From Epithemia pelagica (lineage: Eukaryota; Protista; Bacillariophyta), in assembly GCA_946965045.2 (NCBI GenBank), contig OX337234.1:558001-622000 (forward strand): a stretch of DNA of 64,000 nucleotides, given 5' to 3'. A program made the translations under genes and the position numbers. A model generated the notes under the pieces. The model ran no database searches, was not told the DNA's origin, and saw only the letters and a program-made list of their open reading frames with translations. Below are positions 1-9,768 of the stretch, in pieces; positions within the stretch are counted from its first letter, which is position 1, and every line of letters begins with the position of its first letter.

Positions 1-187
1 GCAACGACATCTATCACCCGATCTATAAACCATTTGTTACAAACAAAATGTCCTAAAATAGCTTGTGTACCATGATAAAGAGGTAAACAATAGTAAGTAT
101 CAGATTTATCAACCTTCATTTGCTGTGCCACATTTGCTTGGGATATACATTCTGGTTGCAGTGTAAGTGAAACATTTGTATGGAAAA

Positions 188-805
188 TCCGGAGCAGGCA
201 ATCCCGAAAAGACTTCTGAGGCACTGAACGACTGGATTGCTGCTGGTGAGGCGAAATCCTGTGAAGATATGCCAGAGACGAAGGGTTTCACCGCGGTTTT
301 GAGATCATGGCTCCGATCCAACCGTTCCGATGCCGCTGAAAAGGCTCACAGAGGCTTGCAACAAATGATGGACCTTGCTTCAACAGGGAGATTTCAATGC
401 TTTCCTGACCGCTATTCCTTTTCAGTTGTGATCTCGGCCTATGCCAAGTCTAATTCCAAAAAGGCCGGGAAAAGAGCTCTTCAATTACTGGAGGAGCTTA
501 AGAGTTTGTTTCGTGAGAAAAATGATCGAGCACTAGATCCGGATCTCTTCATGTATGTAGAGGTCCTGGTTGCGTGCTTGAGTTCGATGCAGATTCAGGA
601 GGGGGAGGAAGCGATTCGTAATCTTTTTCGAGAGCTCTTATCGAAGGAGGCCTCTTTTTGGCAAGAGGCAGACATGGATGTTGTGCCTCGATGGTTGCGC
701 AGATTGCGTCGCGCGTTTCAATCAAGCTGCTTCAAATATGACGAGTTGCTAGAGTTGGATTTGGAGCGAATCGAATCCATTGCGAAAAATGCTGTGCGCC
801 GCTAA
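188..805 (+). pseudogene. 3' part of a PPR gene (copy 1 of the cluster); 5' side replaced by unrelated AT-rich sequence
   Basis: From ~188 the DNA aligns with the C-terminal ~200 codons of 17329..20343 (AGNPEKTSEAL, PETKGFTAVLRSW, PDRYSFSVVISAY). Positions 1-187 show no such homology, and the ORF-track start at 167 is a GTG in that non-homologous DNA. Confidence 0.8.
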
Positions 806-1239
806 TGGATGGATAGATTGTTGTCTGTCGTTGTCTCTATACTTGAAGAAAGTTGGTTCCATCCCTTTCAAGCAAAGCTGGTCACCGAAAAGTGTCTTCA
901 TTTGTCTTTTCCGTAGGTCCTTTTCAGAGCGGCTTCGTCTTGGGACTTGGGATTTTGTAGTTTGCCTCTGGAGAATTGTGGCAAGTGGCAATAGCGATAG
1001 GAGTAAAATGGAAGAGAGAATGGAACTATGATATGGACTATACCTAATACCTACCTACTCTCATCTCTCATATATGGCTATCATTATGGATATTGGATAC
1101 ATGCATAAAATATACAGAGTTCTACGATACAAACAACCACATAAGACATAAGTAATAAGTACTCATCTAGTGTGAATTGTGTTGGGCCAGTCATTCATAT
1201 GACTGGTCGTGAACTGGTCATGAAGGATCTGAGGATGAC

Positions 1240-1846
1240 ATGGCCTATCAACAAAGTTTTGGGTTCTTCACCATGACGAATGGACATTGATGCGGCATCA
1301 TGTGCAAGAGCTGCTACCCAATAACTCTCCCCACTGTGGTGGAGGCAATGCCCCTGGCGCTTGGTTGTTTCAAAACAATTACGAACCAGAATTTGGCAGT
1401 CGTCATGAACGCCAGGTTGGGAGATTGGGGGATGGAGGCAAGTGGATCTGTGATCCTCATCGATTGCGACCAACCACAACAAAGGTGGAATCCTCTTTGC
1501 AGGAACAGCCACAGCCATGTTTGGTGTACAGTGTTGGATTTTTCATTTGAACAGGGTATTTGGGATGATATTGGTCCTCATTGTGAAATCCATACCTTTG
1601 ACATTACCAGTTACGAGACCACGGCAGCCAAAATTCGAGAAGGTCGTATTCCAAGTCCCAAACAACTCTTGCAACCCCATCATTATCCCCTACCCTTACA
1701 CTTTCATCCATGGGGCCAGAAGCAGCTCCGTTCACAACGGCAACAACACAAGCAAGAGGAAGGAACGGGGAGTCTTTCGCACTTTGCAAGAGACAGTGGA
1801 AATCTTGGGACATGTGGGTCGAACGATTCATATATTCAAAATTTCA
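1240..1846 (+). pseudogene. Frameshifted, 3'-truncated SAM-dependent methyltransferase (Methyltransf_22/METTL24-like), N-terminal half
   Basis: Family motifs are spread over different frames: MAYQQSFGFF / NYEPEF..HERQVGRLGDGGKWICDPHRL..CLVYSVG / DFSFEQG...HCEIHTFD / RTLQETVEILGHVGRTIHIFKI. At least 3 frameshifts; it stops just before the expected DCEGCEW motif. Confidence 0.75.
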
Positions 1847-2497
1847 AATGAATCCGGTCAAAGACACTGGCCAAAAAAAGGTGGGATTGCCCGAATGCGC
1901 GGCACTGCCCAAATGCGGCGCAAAGCAATACAAGGGCTTTTTGGGAACGCGGGGGACCATGGTGGGATGGTGTGCTGTGGTTCCACTTGCACCACTGCTG
2001 TTTGGTTCGTAATGTCGCCGATGCGATTGGCGAAAGACGGTCAGGGCATTGCGAATTTCTTCCCAATCGGACCAGCCCAAATTCGTATTGCTGCTGCGGG
2101 GTGTCGGATGTCCCATGCCATTGCCAAAGGTGCCAAACAAGCTGACAATCTGCGCATCTTGGGCGGCCGAGTGAATCAAGTGCACCAATTCCACCACCGA
2201 CAGGGTACACGCTTCGGGCGAAGACGAGCCGAGCCACGACGAATCGTCATTTGGTTTCCATTGTTGCAGCCATCGTCGAAAGGTCTGACGTTGTCGCGTA
2301 CTGGCACTCGGGGCTTGTTGCGTCAATTCCAATTGATCAAAGGCAATCGACAAGCACTTCTTTTTGTTGTTGTTGTCGTCGTTGGATGATTGCGTTTCGT
2401 AGTCGTGGAGGCGTTGCAATTGACGCACTTCATTCGCCAGGTACGCAATGCCGGCCACCGAGGCCACAACGGCCGAGGTACGAAACGTTTTTGGCAC
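1844..2497 (-). CDS. Hypothetical protein with N-terminal hydrophobic anchor, possibly 3'-truncated
   Basis: 217-codon ATG ORF with a hydrophobic N-terminus (SAVVASVAGIAYLA). It ends exactly where the convergent methyltransferase remnant is cut. No family recognised. Confidence 0.4.
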   Translation of the reverse strand: MPKTFRTSAVVASVAGIAYLANEVRQLQRLHDYETQSSNDDNNNKKKCLSIAFDQLELTQQAPSASTRQRQTFRRWLQQWKPNDDSSWLGSSSPEACTLSVVELVHLIHSAAQDAQIVSLFGTFGNGMGHPTPRSSNTNLGWSDWEEIRNALTVFRQSHRRHYEPNSSGASGTTAHHPTMVPRVPKKPLYCFAPHLGSAAHSGNPTFFWPVSLTGFI

Positions 2498-2659
2498 TCG
2501 AGACCAGATACTATGTTTCTATAGTTCATTTCTGTGTGAAAAGACATAAAGATTGATATACGATATGTCCCCAGTGTACAAGCCGCAACTCAAAAGCTGG
2601 ACCCACTGAGGCTTATCTTCCGGTGAGGCTTAACTAACGCTATTTACGGTAATACACCT

Positions 2660-3330
2660 TTCAAGAGGAAGTCGCTCTGCTGGAAAAGGACCGACGGAAC
2701 AGACACATCCGCCGACACACATTTCAAAAGACCGACTGTGCTGGAACCCAAACACAAACTATATAAAATCCCAAGACGAAGCCGCTCTGCTTGAACAGGA
2801 CCGATGAAAAAGACACATGCGCCGACACTATTCAGTGCCCAGCAGTGTGCTGGAAAGGGGAATGGAATAATAAAACACACAGAACAGTGCAAACACAACC
2901 ATCCAACGTGTCTCCCCGTAACTACTAGACAATGAGACTCCAGACAATATACGAATCTCATCTATCCTAGGATTCTTGGCGTTCCTGCCGTCGTTTTGGA
3001 TTTTTCGGAATGGATTCGCTCCAAATCCAACGGTACGCTCCGCCTCTCCACCACAGTGCTACAATGCTCCAAAGGCAAACTCGAAACTCCCACGAACAAG
3101 CCGCTCTGGACAAGGACCGACGGAAAAAGACACATGCGCTGACACTTTTTCAGTGACCAGCCTTGCTGGAGGAATGAAACACACATGACAGTGCAGACAC
3201 AACAATCCAACGTTTCTCGCAGGAACTAGACAATGGGACTCCAGACAATCTACGAACATTTGATCTATCCTTTGATTCTTGGCGTCGTTTCGGATTTTTT
3301 GGCAATCATCCATTCGATTCGCTCCACCAA
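2660..3330 (-). repeat. Two to three degenerate tandem remnants (~270-300 bp) of the PPR gene 3' end plus 3' UTR
   Basis: 2755-3025 and 3060-3330, plus a partial copy at 2660-2750, resemble 3660-3890 and the reverse complement of 20290-20540 (e.g. aagccgctct..aaggaccga..aaaagacacatg; ggattcgctcca). Confidence 0.7.
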
Positions 3331-3369
3331 CTCTCCAAACGCAAACTACCAATCAAGTCCCACAGGATC

Positions 3370-3550
3370 CAACCAACTGCTGCCACCATGGAGTATCATG
3401 AGGGTACAACCTTCTGTTCGTTGCCTCGAGAGGAACTGCCAGGCATCAACAAGGTGGTGGAAGGAGGACGATGCCAGCAAATATACTATATCATCGTCCC
3501 TATGATTTCGCTCGTCGCGCCGAAAAACCTCGACTGTCTGGTGCGGACTG
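3370..3550 (+). repeat. Degenerate segment duplicated in inverted orientation at 21140-21375
   Basis: Shared DNA (ccaccatggag..gaggaactgccaggcatc..ggtggtggaa; gtcgcgccgaaaaacctcg.ctgtctgg.gcggac) and shared peptide remnants REELPGI..VVE and VAPKNL.CL.RT. It marks the outer end of the inverted PPR arms. Confidence 0.7.
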
Positions 3551-4008
3551 ACACCAAATTTCTAGAGTTTTATTGTAAAAAGGACTGATAGAGCGCAAGC
3601 CTCCATCCTCTCTCTCTCTTCCCTCTTCCGTTTATCCACATGGCCACAATGAAACAAACGCAAGCAAGTCCGAAGCTTGAAAAGGACGAGCGGAAAAGAC
3701 AAATGTGCAGACCCTTTTCAGTGCCCAGATGTGCTTTAAGGGAATGGAATGAAACACATGACACACTGTAGACTCCAACTTTCTCCAAGTATAGAGACAA
3801 TGACAGACAACAATCTATCCTCTGATTAGCGCCGCACCTACCGTCGTTCAGCCTTTTTCGCAATGGATTCGATTCGCTCCAGATCCAACTTTAGCAACTT
3901 GACATCTTTGAAGCGACTTGATTGAAACGCGCGACGCAATCTGCGCATCAATCGAGGCACATCCATGTCTCCGTCTTGCCAAAAGGAAGCCTCCTTCGAT
4001 AAGAGCTC

Positions 4009-6849
4009 TCAAAAACGATTATGAATCGCTTCCTCCCCGTCCTGAATCTGCATCGAATTCAAGCACGCAACCAGGACCTCTACATACATGAAGAGGTTTG
4101 GATCTAGTGATCGATCATTTTTCTCACGAAACAAACTCTTTAGCTCCTCCAGTAGTCGAAGCGCTCTTTTTCCTGCTTCTTTTGACTTAGACTTGGCATA
4201 GGCCGAGATCACAGCTGTAAAGGAATGCCGGTCAGGAAAGCATTGAAATCTACCTGTCGAAGCAAGATCCATCATTTGTTGCAAGCCTCTGTGAGCCTTT
4301 TCGGCGGCATCGGAACGGTTGGATCGGAGCCATGATATCAAAACCGCATTGAAAGCCTTCGTCTCTGGCATATCATCAAAGGATTCCGCCTCACCAGCAG
4401 CAATCCAGTCTTTCAGTGCCTCAGACGTCTTTTCGGGATTACCTGCTTTGGACCAGGACTGGAGACGGACTGTATAGGTTTGAGCCGTTGGTTTTAGGGC
4501 TTCGTTCCCGGAAGTGTATCCATCTTTCATCTCTTTAAACAATGCTTCCACTTTGTCGGGTCGTATATGTCGCATCCAACCGGACATCAATGAGTTGTAC
4601 ATACGAAAAGACTGTTGTACTTCATCTTGTTCACATTCATGCAGCAGTTTTTCAGCTTGCTCCAACATTTTGGACTCACTTGACCATCCAAGACTCCATA
4701 TCACTGCATTGTAAGTATACTCTGTCGGCTTTGCAAACTTATCACCCTCTCTCTCTTGCTTCTTCATCTTTTCAAATAGCTTCAATACAATCTCACATTT
4801 ATCAGACTGTTTCGTTCTCGATAAAGCCAAGATCAACGAGTTGTAGCTAACAACACCTGGCATGATGTTCAGGGATTCCGTAAGGTTGAAAACACCCATT
4901 GCTTTTTCCGCTTGTCGCGAGTCTTGAGACGAAGACCACACATCAATCACAAGATTGAAATGACGATGGTCGATCACCGACGCATCCAAACTCTGTTCAT
5001 TTACTCTTGTGCAAAAGCTACGCAGAGCAATCTCAGCTTGATCCGGTTTGCCAGCCTTGCACCATGCAACAATCTGATTGTAATAGCTATCACCATCTGG
5101 TTTCAAAGCAGCATTGTTGAGGTTTTCCATCCACTCAATCAAGGCTTCCGTCGACTGGGCTCCCTCGACTGTTCCCATCAATGAGTAAAACTGCAAGAGA
5201 TTATTCAGCGTTGATGTGGTGACCATTTCAGGAACATGGTTTTCTTCTCCATATTTGATTAATCGCTGGATCCATTTAGATATATAGACAGTCGCGTCCG
5301 TATGTCCCGATCGTGCCCATGCGACAAGAACACCATCCCATACTGCCGTCTCCTGGAGCTCTGCAAATGATATCTTCCCGATTTCCACTTCCTCCAAAAT
5401 TTTATTTGCAATCACTTCAGCGCGAAAGCTGTCTCCAACTTTCGCAAAGGCCCAGACGAGGGCCGCGTAGCTAACCGCTGTTGGTCGTAAACTGTCAGCT
5501 CCCGTTTCGTATGCCAGTTGTTTCATTTCAATGAACAATTTCTCCGCCTTATCTGGGTTTCCCAATTGCCCGTAAGCAGTAATCAGCGTGCTGAACGTAT
5601 ACCTGTCGGGCATTGGAGTTGCGCTGTTTTTCTGTACGACTGCGTCGCACATATCGTTCAGGATTGTGTGAGCAGCCGAAACCGATTCTTGAGACATGCA
5701 CCCGACCAAAGCATGACATACTCGGTTGTAGATTCTAACATCAAGCTCTTCTGAAGAACAGATTTGTTTCATTTCGTCAAACAATTGCTGAATTCGTTTC
5801 AATGCCGCTCGTGACTCATTCAAGCGACTGTGAGCTTCCATGACAGCACAGTAGACGTTCGGGTCGGGTCGCTGGTCGTGACGATTGGTTTGCTTATACC
5901 ATTCTTTCAATGATATCAGATAGTCTTCTATACGGTTGATACTGCCCGAAAGCCAGCTCTGAGCCCATATCTCAACCATGCTATTGACAATACGTGCATT
6001 TGGATGAAACAACATGTCATGAGGATGGCCTTTGCTTTTCTCTATCAACAGGTTGTAAATTTTGTCGGCCTCGTAAGGAGCATATTTTGGATCGTCCACC
6101 TTGCTCATCGCACGTAGAATAATGGAGTATGATGTCGTGTCTGGCTTGAACAAACCGACATGAAAGTATCGATTAACACTTGAAAGGATCGATTTTGTTC
6201 CAAGGGGAGCCGAAACGTTCCCTGGATTCCATTGCCCTCCACGCGCACGTTGCTTCTTGGCATACAAGAGATTTGTCGTGCTTGCTGTTCCGGTTTTTGC
6301 TTTGATATGGTCAAGCCAAAACTCCAGCGTATGATTCAACAAGTTTGTATCCAACTCAGATTTTATGTCGTCTGTGTTTATCGAACACTTCTGTTGGATC
6401 CATTCCATTTCATCAGCGAGCCGATCTAGCACACTAAACATATATTCAACTCGCTTTGGGACAGCGTCATCGGAGAGTCTCGGGTTTGTCCGCAATGCTT
6501 TGAGAAGTTCTTGCGCTTCCATCCAGTGTTGCGACTCGAAGGTTCCTGGTTCCATGGATATCAAGCGGTCCTTGGTAGAAATCCACGACTTGACGAAACT
6601 AGAGTCATTTGAAACCACCACTTTCCGTCCGACACCGTGGTCATCATTTGTTGATATGAAACGAATTGCTTCTCGATCGTGAAAATGAGAAGTCGTCAAC
6701 GATGACCAAGGTCGAGTAGGATTTCCCAGTAGACCGGATTTCCTGCGCACATGTTGGAAAGTCCATTGCGGCCCAGATGTGACTCTTGTGATTCGTCTCA
6801 ACCAACGAGACACGAGATACTTTGATGCTACATTCAATGTATTGACCAT
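4009..6849 (-). CDS. Pentatricopeptide-repeat protein (copy 2) with ~17 P-like repeats; C-terminus shortened by a premature TGA
   Basis: PPR motifs PDRYTFSTLITAYGQLG, PTAVSYAALVWAF, PGVVSYNSLILAL and PTEYTYNAVIWSL. The likely start MVNTLN at 6849 is inferred from homology to copy 3 (the ORF track extends to 7011). TGA at 4009-4011 aligns with CGA in both other copies, and the homologous frame continues to TAA at 3826-3828 through a second stop (TAG 3838-3840). Confidence 0.9.
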   Translation of the reverse strand: MVNTLNVASKYLVSRWLRRITRVTSGPQWTFQHVRRKSGLLGNPTRPWSSLTTSHFHDREAIRFISTNDDHGVGRKVVVSNDSSFVKSWISTKDRLISMEPGTFESQHWMEAQELLKALRTNPRLSDDAVPKRVEYMFSVLDRLADEMEWIQQKCSINTDDIKSELDTNLLNHTLEFWLDHIKAKTGTASTTNLLYAKKQRARGGQWNPGNVSAPLGTKSILSSVNRYFHVGLFKPDTTSYSIILRAMSKVDDPKYAPYEADKIYNLLIEKSKGHPHDMLFHPNARIVNSMVEIWAQSWLSGSINRIEDYLISLKEWYKQTNRHDQRPDPNVYCAVMEAHSRLNESRAALKRIQQLFDEMKQICSSEELDVRIYNRVCHALVGCMSQESVSAAHTILNDMCDAVVQKNSATPMPDRYTFSTLITAYGQLGNPDKAEKLFIEMKQLAYETGADSLRPTAVSYAALVWAFAKVGDSFRAEVIANKILEEVEIGKISFAELQETAVWDGVLVAWARSGHTDATVYISKWIQRLIKYGEENHVPEMVTTSTLNNLLQFYSLMGTVEGAQSTEALIEWMENLNNAALKPDGDSYYNQIVAWCKAGKPDQAEIALRSFCTRVNEQSLDASVIDHRHFNLVIDVWSSSQDSRQAEKAMGVFNLTESLNIMPGVVSYNSLILALSRTKQSDKCEIVLKLFEKMKKQEREGDKFAKPTEYTYNAVIWSLGWSSESKMLEQAEKLLHECEQDEVQQSFRMYNSLMSGWMRHIRPDKVEALFKEMKDGYTSGNEALKPTAQTYTVRLQSWSKAGNPEKTSEALKDWIAAGEAESFDDMPETKAFNAVLISWLRSNRSDAAEKAHRGLQQMMDLASTGRFQCFPDRHSFTAVISAYAKSKSKEAGKRALRLLEELKSLFREKNDRSLDPNLFMYVEVLVACLNSMQIQDGEEAIHNRF

Positions 6850-7151
6850 GTTGAAGAACCGAGATGTGAATGGGTAGTTGTCTCTACCACCGAACCATGT
6901 GCTCCCTCCGTGACCATGTGCGTGGACACGCTTCCAAACGCGGACGTCGTGGTGATTGCTTCGAAGGCTGTCATTGTCTCGTTCTCTGCAGCTGCAAGGA
7001 GGCGGGTGCAAAACAAATGGGGGGGAGTCTCTTGATCCACAGAAAGAGGGGGTGAAATGTGGGGGTAGCTACCGTCAGTCGTTGGGTTTGGGGGGGGAAG
7101 GTTTGTTGGCGTGAGAAATGAATCTTTGGTTTCCATAATACTCTGATTACG

Positions 7152-9098
7152 ATGACGACCTCGAACCATCACGAAACCACCACCAAACCTTGGTACGGCT
7201 CGTTGTGGAATTCTGCTGCCGCGCCCAGCACGATACCAGCAGCAGAGCCAAGGAGGAATACTGTCTCGCCGCTTCCTTTTCTCTCACGCGTCTTCTTGGT
7301 GGGTGTCGGATGGTGGATTCTTGTTGTGGTGATGGTGGTTGGTTCCGGCATGTATTATTCCTTGAATGACGGTTTCCATGCACGGAGCTTTTCCTTTTCG
7401 GCACGAAATAAAATTGTTCCAGGGAAGACGGTATGGAACAAGAACGACAACAACAACAAAGATGACAGTAGTTGGATGCCCAATGTGGGAAATTATTCTC
7501 TGCCCATTACGGTGGGCAACGGACCAGCATATCTCAAAGTCCAACGGCTCTTTGATACGGGTTTGATGCACTGCTATGGATTTGCGCAACGACAAGCGCA
7601 AGAAATGGCGAACCAAGCACTGCACGATACGAATGCTACTGCGGCCGCAACATGCCCCATGTGCTTTTGGCTGGCTGCCATGGCACGAGCTCCCTTCCTC
7701 AATCATCCCATCTTGTCCAATGACACGTTTCGGGAGGCTCGTCATGCCGCACAACAAGCTGTACAAGCTGCAGCGCAGCATCGTGCCGTGTTGACGGCCA
7801 AAGAATCCGCATTGATTCACTCCTTGAGCGTACGATTTGACACTATCGAGAATCCTACGGCAGGTTACCAAGCCTATCGTGAGGCTCTGCGCAACGTCTT
7901 GCAACAACCACAATTGTGCAACGACACGGATCTCCTGGCATTTTATGCCGATGCGATCATGGTGTTGCATTGCGACGACAATGGATACCACTTTTATCAA
8001 GACGACAATCGAACGCCACTGCCCGACATTGTCGAGGCCATGGACGTGTTGGAGCACTGCTTGGCCGTGTCCTTTCATCCACTCTGCGCACACTTGTACA
8101 TTCACGTGACGGAACCCAGTCTCCAGCCCGAACGAGCGTCGGCCGTTGCCCAAAAATTATCCAACTGGTTTGCCGATACCCAAGCCCAGCATTTGCAACA
8201 CATGCCCTCGCACACAGCCTTAAGGGTTGGATCCTACCATCAAGCCGTACAAGCCAATGTACAGGCCCGTGCCTCAGACCAAGTCTGGATACAGCACGAT
8301 CAATGGCCGTACGGGCCTGCCCATGACCTGGCCTTTTTGATTCATGCGGCCGGTTTATCGGGAGAACGAGACGTGGCCTATCACTATGCCGACCAATTGC
8401 GACAGCACTATGCCGACCATCCCAATCAACCCGACGGACCCGGTCCCGAACAGGGATGGCATATTTGGCGCACAACGCGGTTGCGCTTTGGCGATTGGCA
8501 GGCCGTTCTGGACGATTCGGACCAATTGCCTCGTCCCGATTGGCCCTATGCGGTGCTTTTGGGACACTTTTGCAAGGGCATTGCGGTCCTACGCACGGAA
8601 CCTTGTACCACCGACCCGGCCAAGGAGTATTTGAACCAACTTCGCCAAGTAGCAACAGGGATCGAGCAAGAAGGCTTTCGTTCCATCTCCAAGGTGGCCG
8701 ACGGAATGTTATCGGCTGCTATTGCGTTGGCGGATGGACTGCCCGATGTGGCTCTGAATGCCATTCGTTTGGCCCGACAAGAACAGGACAGTTGGACCTA
8801 TAATGAACCGCCCAAATGGTTCTTGTCCATGACCGCGTGTGAAGCTGCCTTGTTACAACAGTTGGGTCACCACGAGCAAGCCATGGCACTCTTTGAACAG
8901 GATGCAACAACACTTGTCAAAGACAGTCGTTTTGCCGTGTATGGGTTGTTGCAGAGCATGAGAGCCTCGAGTCGTTCTTCGGCACCCGAGATTGCGGCCG
9001 TTGAAGCACGATATCAAGAGGCTTCCAAGTGGGCGCGACCACAAGATGATCCACCCCAAACCATTTGTCCGGCCTTTGAATCATGGTCCTTTCCATGA
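7152..9098 (+). CDS. Intronless TPR-like alpha-helical protein with one N-terminal TM segment (bacterial/fungal TPR-domain family with HP..HLYIH / HMPSH motifs)
   Basis: 648-aa ORF with TM segment VFLVGVGWWILVVVMVVGSGMYY and family motifs GNYSLPIT..QRLFDTGL..YGF, CPMCFW, HPLCAHLYIHVTEPS, HMPSHTALRVGSY and RLRFGDW. Confidence 0.75.
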   Translation: MTTSNHHETTTKPWYGSLWNSAAAPSTIPAAEPRRNTVSPLPFLSRVFLVGVGWWILVVVMVVGSGMYYSLNDGFHARSFSFSARNKIVPGKTVWNKNDNNNKDDSSWMPNVGNYSLPITVGNGPAYLKVQRLFDTGLMHCYGFAQRQAQEMANQALHDTNATAAATCPMCFWLAAMARAPFLNHPILSNDTFREARHAAQQAVQAAAQHRAVLTAKESALIHSLSVRFDTIENPTAGYQAYREALRNVLQQPQLCNDTDLLAFYADAIMVLHCDDNGYHFYQDDNRTPLPDIVEAMDVLEHCLAVSFHPLCAHLYIHVTEPSLQPERASAVAQKLSNWFADTQAQHLQHMPSHTALRVGSYHQAVQANVQARASDQVWIQHDQWPYGPAHDLAFLIHAAGLSGERDVAYHYADQLRQHYADHPNQPDGPGPEQGWHIWRTTRLRFGDWQAVLDDSDQLPRPDWPYAVLLGHFCKGIAVLRTEPCTTDPAKEYLNQLRQVATGIEQEGFRSISKVADGMLSAAIALADGLPDVALNAIRLARQEQDSWTYNEPPKWFLSMTACEAALLQQLGHHEQAMALFEQDATTLVKDSRFAVYGLLQSMRASSRSSAPEIAAVEARYQEASKWARPQDDPPQTICPAFESWSFP

Positions 9099-9106
9099 CT
9101 ATCATA

Positions 9107-9128
9107 AGAGAGAGAGAGAGAGAGAGAG
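9107..9128. repeat. (AG)11 microsatellite
   Basis: Direct reading of the sequence. Confidence 0.9.
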
Positions 9129-9227
9129 AAGCTAATTCTGTGATTGGAAGAGAAAGTGGAGGTGCATTCCATTCATCCCTCCTGTGGTGGTTGCACCTGC
9201 TGTTTGTGGGGTGAGCATAAGGAGGTG

Positions 9228-9715
9228 CGCGGGGATCGACCCAGCGAACACATCCTGCAGGTTGGAGCGGTCTGTGTTGTCGCGAGGTCGTCACAGTAGC
9301 TAGTAGGAGAGAGTGCTAGGATGTAGACACACACGTTTGCCGAAAGGCCCAGAAGGAACCAAGATGGCTCCCACGGGCGGGAAGGGGGAATTTTTGATTG
9401 TCTTAGTCTATCTATCTCTGTGTAGACCTCTCAAGATGGCAGTTGCAATGCTCGCAATCTCAAGAATTGTGAGCATGGACATCGCATCAGAGATGTCCAA
9501 GTCCGGTGGGGCTTGTCGTAGTCTATGTGCGATCAACTGCCCCGCTCCAACGTACGCACGACAGACACCGCGGGGATCGACCCAGCGAACACATCCTGCA
9601 GGTTGGAGCGGTCTGTGTTGTCGCGAGGTCGTCACAGTAGCTAGTAGGAGAGAGTGCTAGGATGTAGACACACACGTTTGCCGAAAGGCCCAGAAGGAAC
9701 CAAGATGGCTCCCAC
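9228..9715 (-). repeat. 3' split-direct-repeat block B1-A2-B2 of the YR retrotransposon
   Basis: 9228-9374 = 9569-9715 (147 bp); 9391-9567 = 16984-17160 (177 bp). Confidence 0.95.
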
Positions 9716-9768
9716 CACCATTGAAGAAGACAGCATTTCGGAATCGTCTGACTTGATGGATCTTGTTC

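Noticed and set aside
1-187. AT-rich sequence replacing the 5' part of PPR copy 1, possibly a TE end
   Set aside because: No terminal repeat or TSD can be verified, because the other end is outside the window.
9228-9715. Repeats as a conventional LTR pair
   Set aside because: The arrangement is A...B-A-B with no TG..CA ends, TSD or DDE integrase. It fits split direct repeats.
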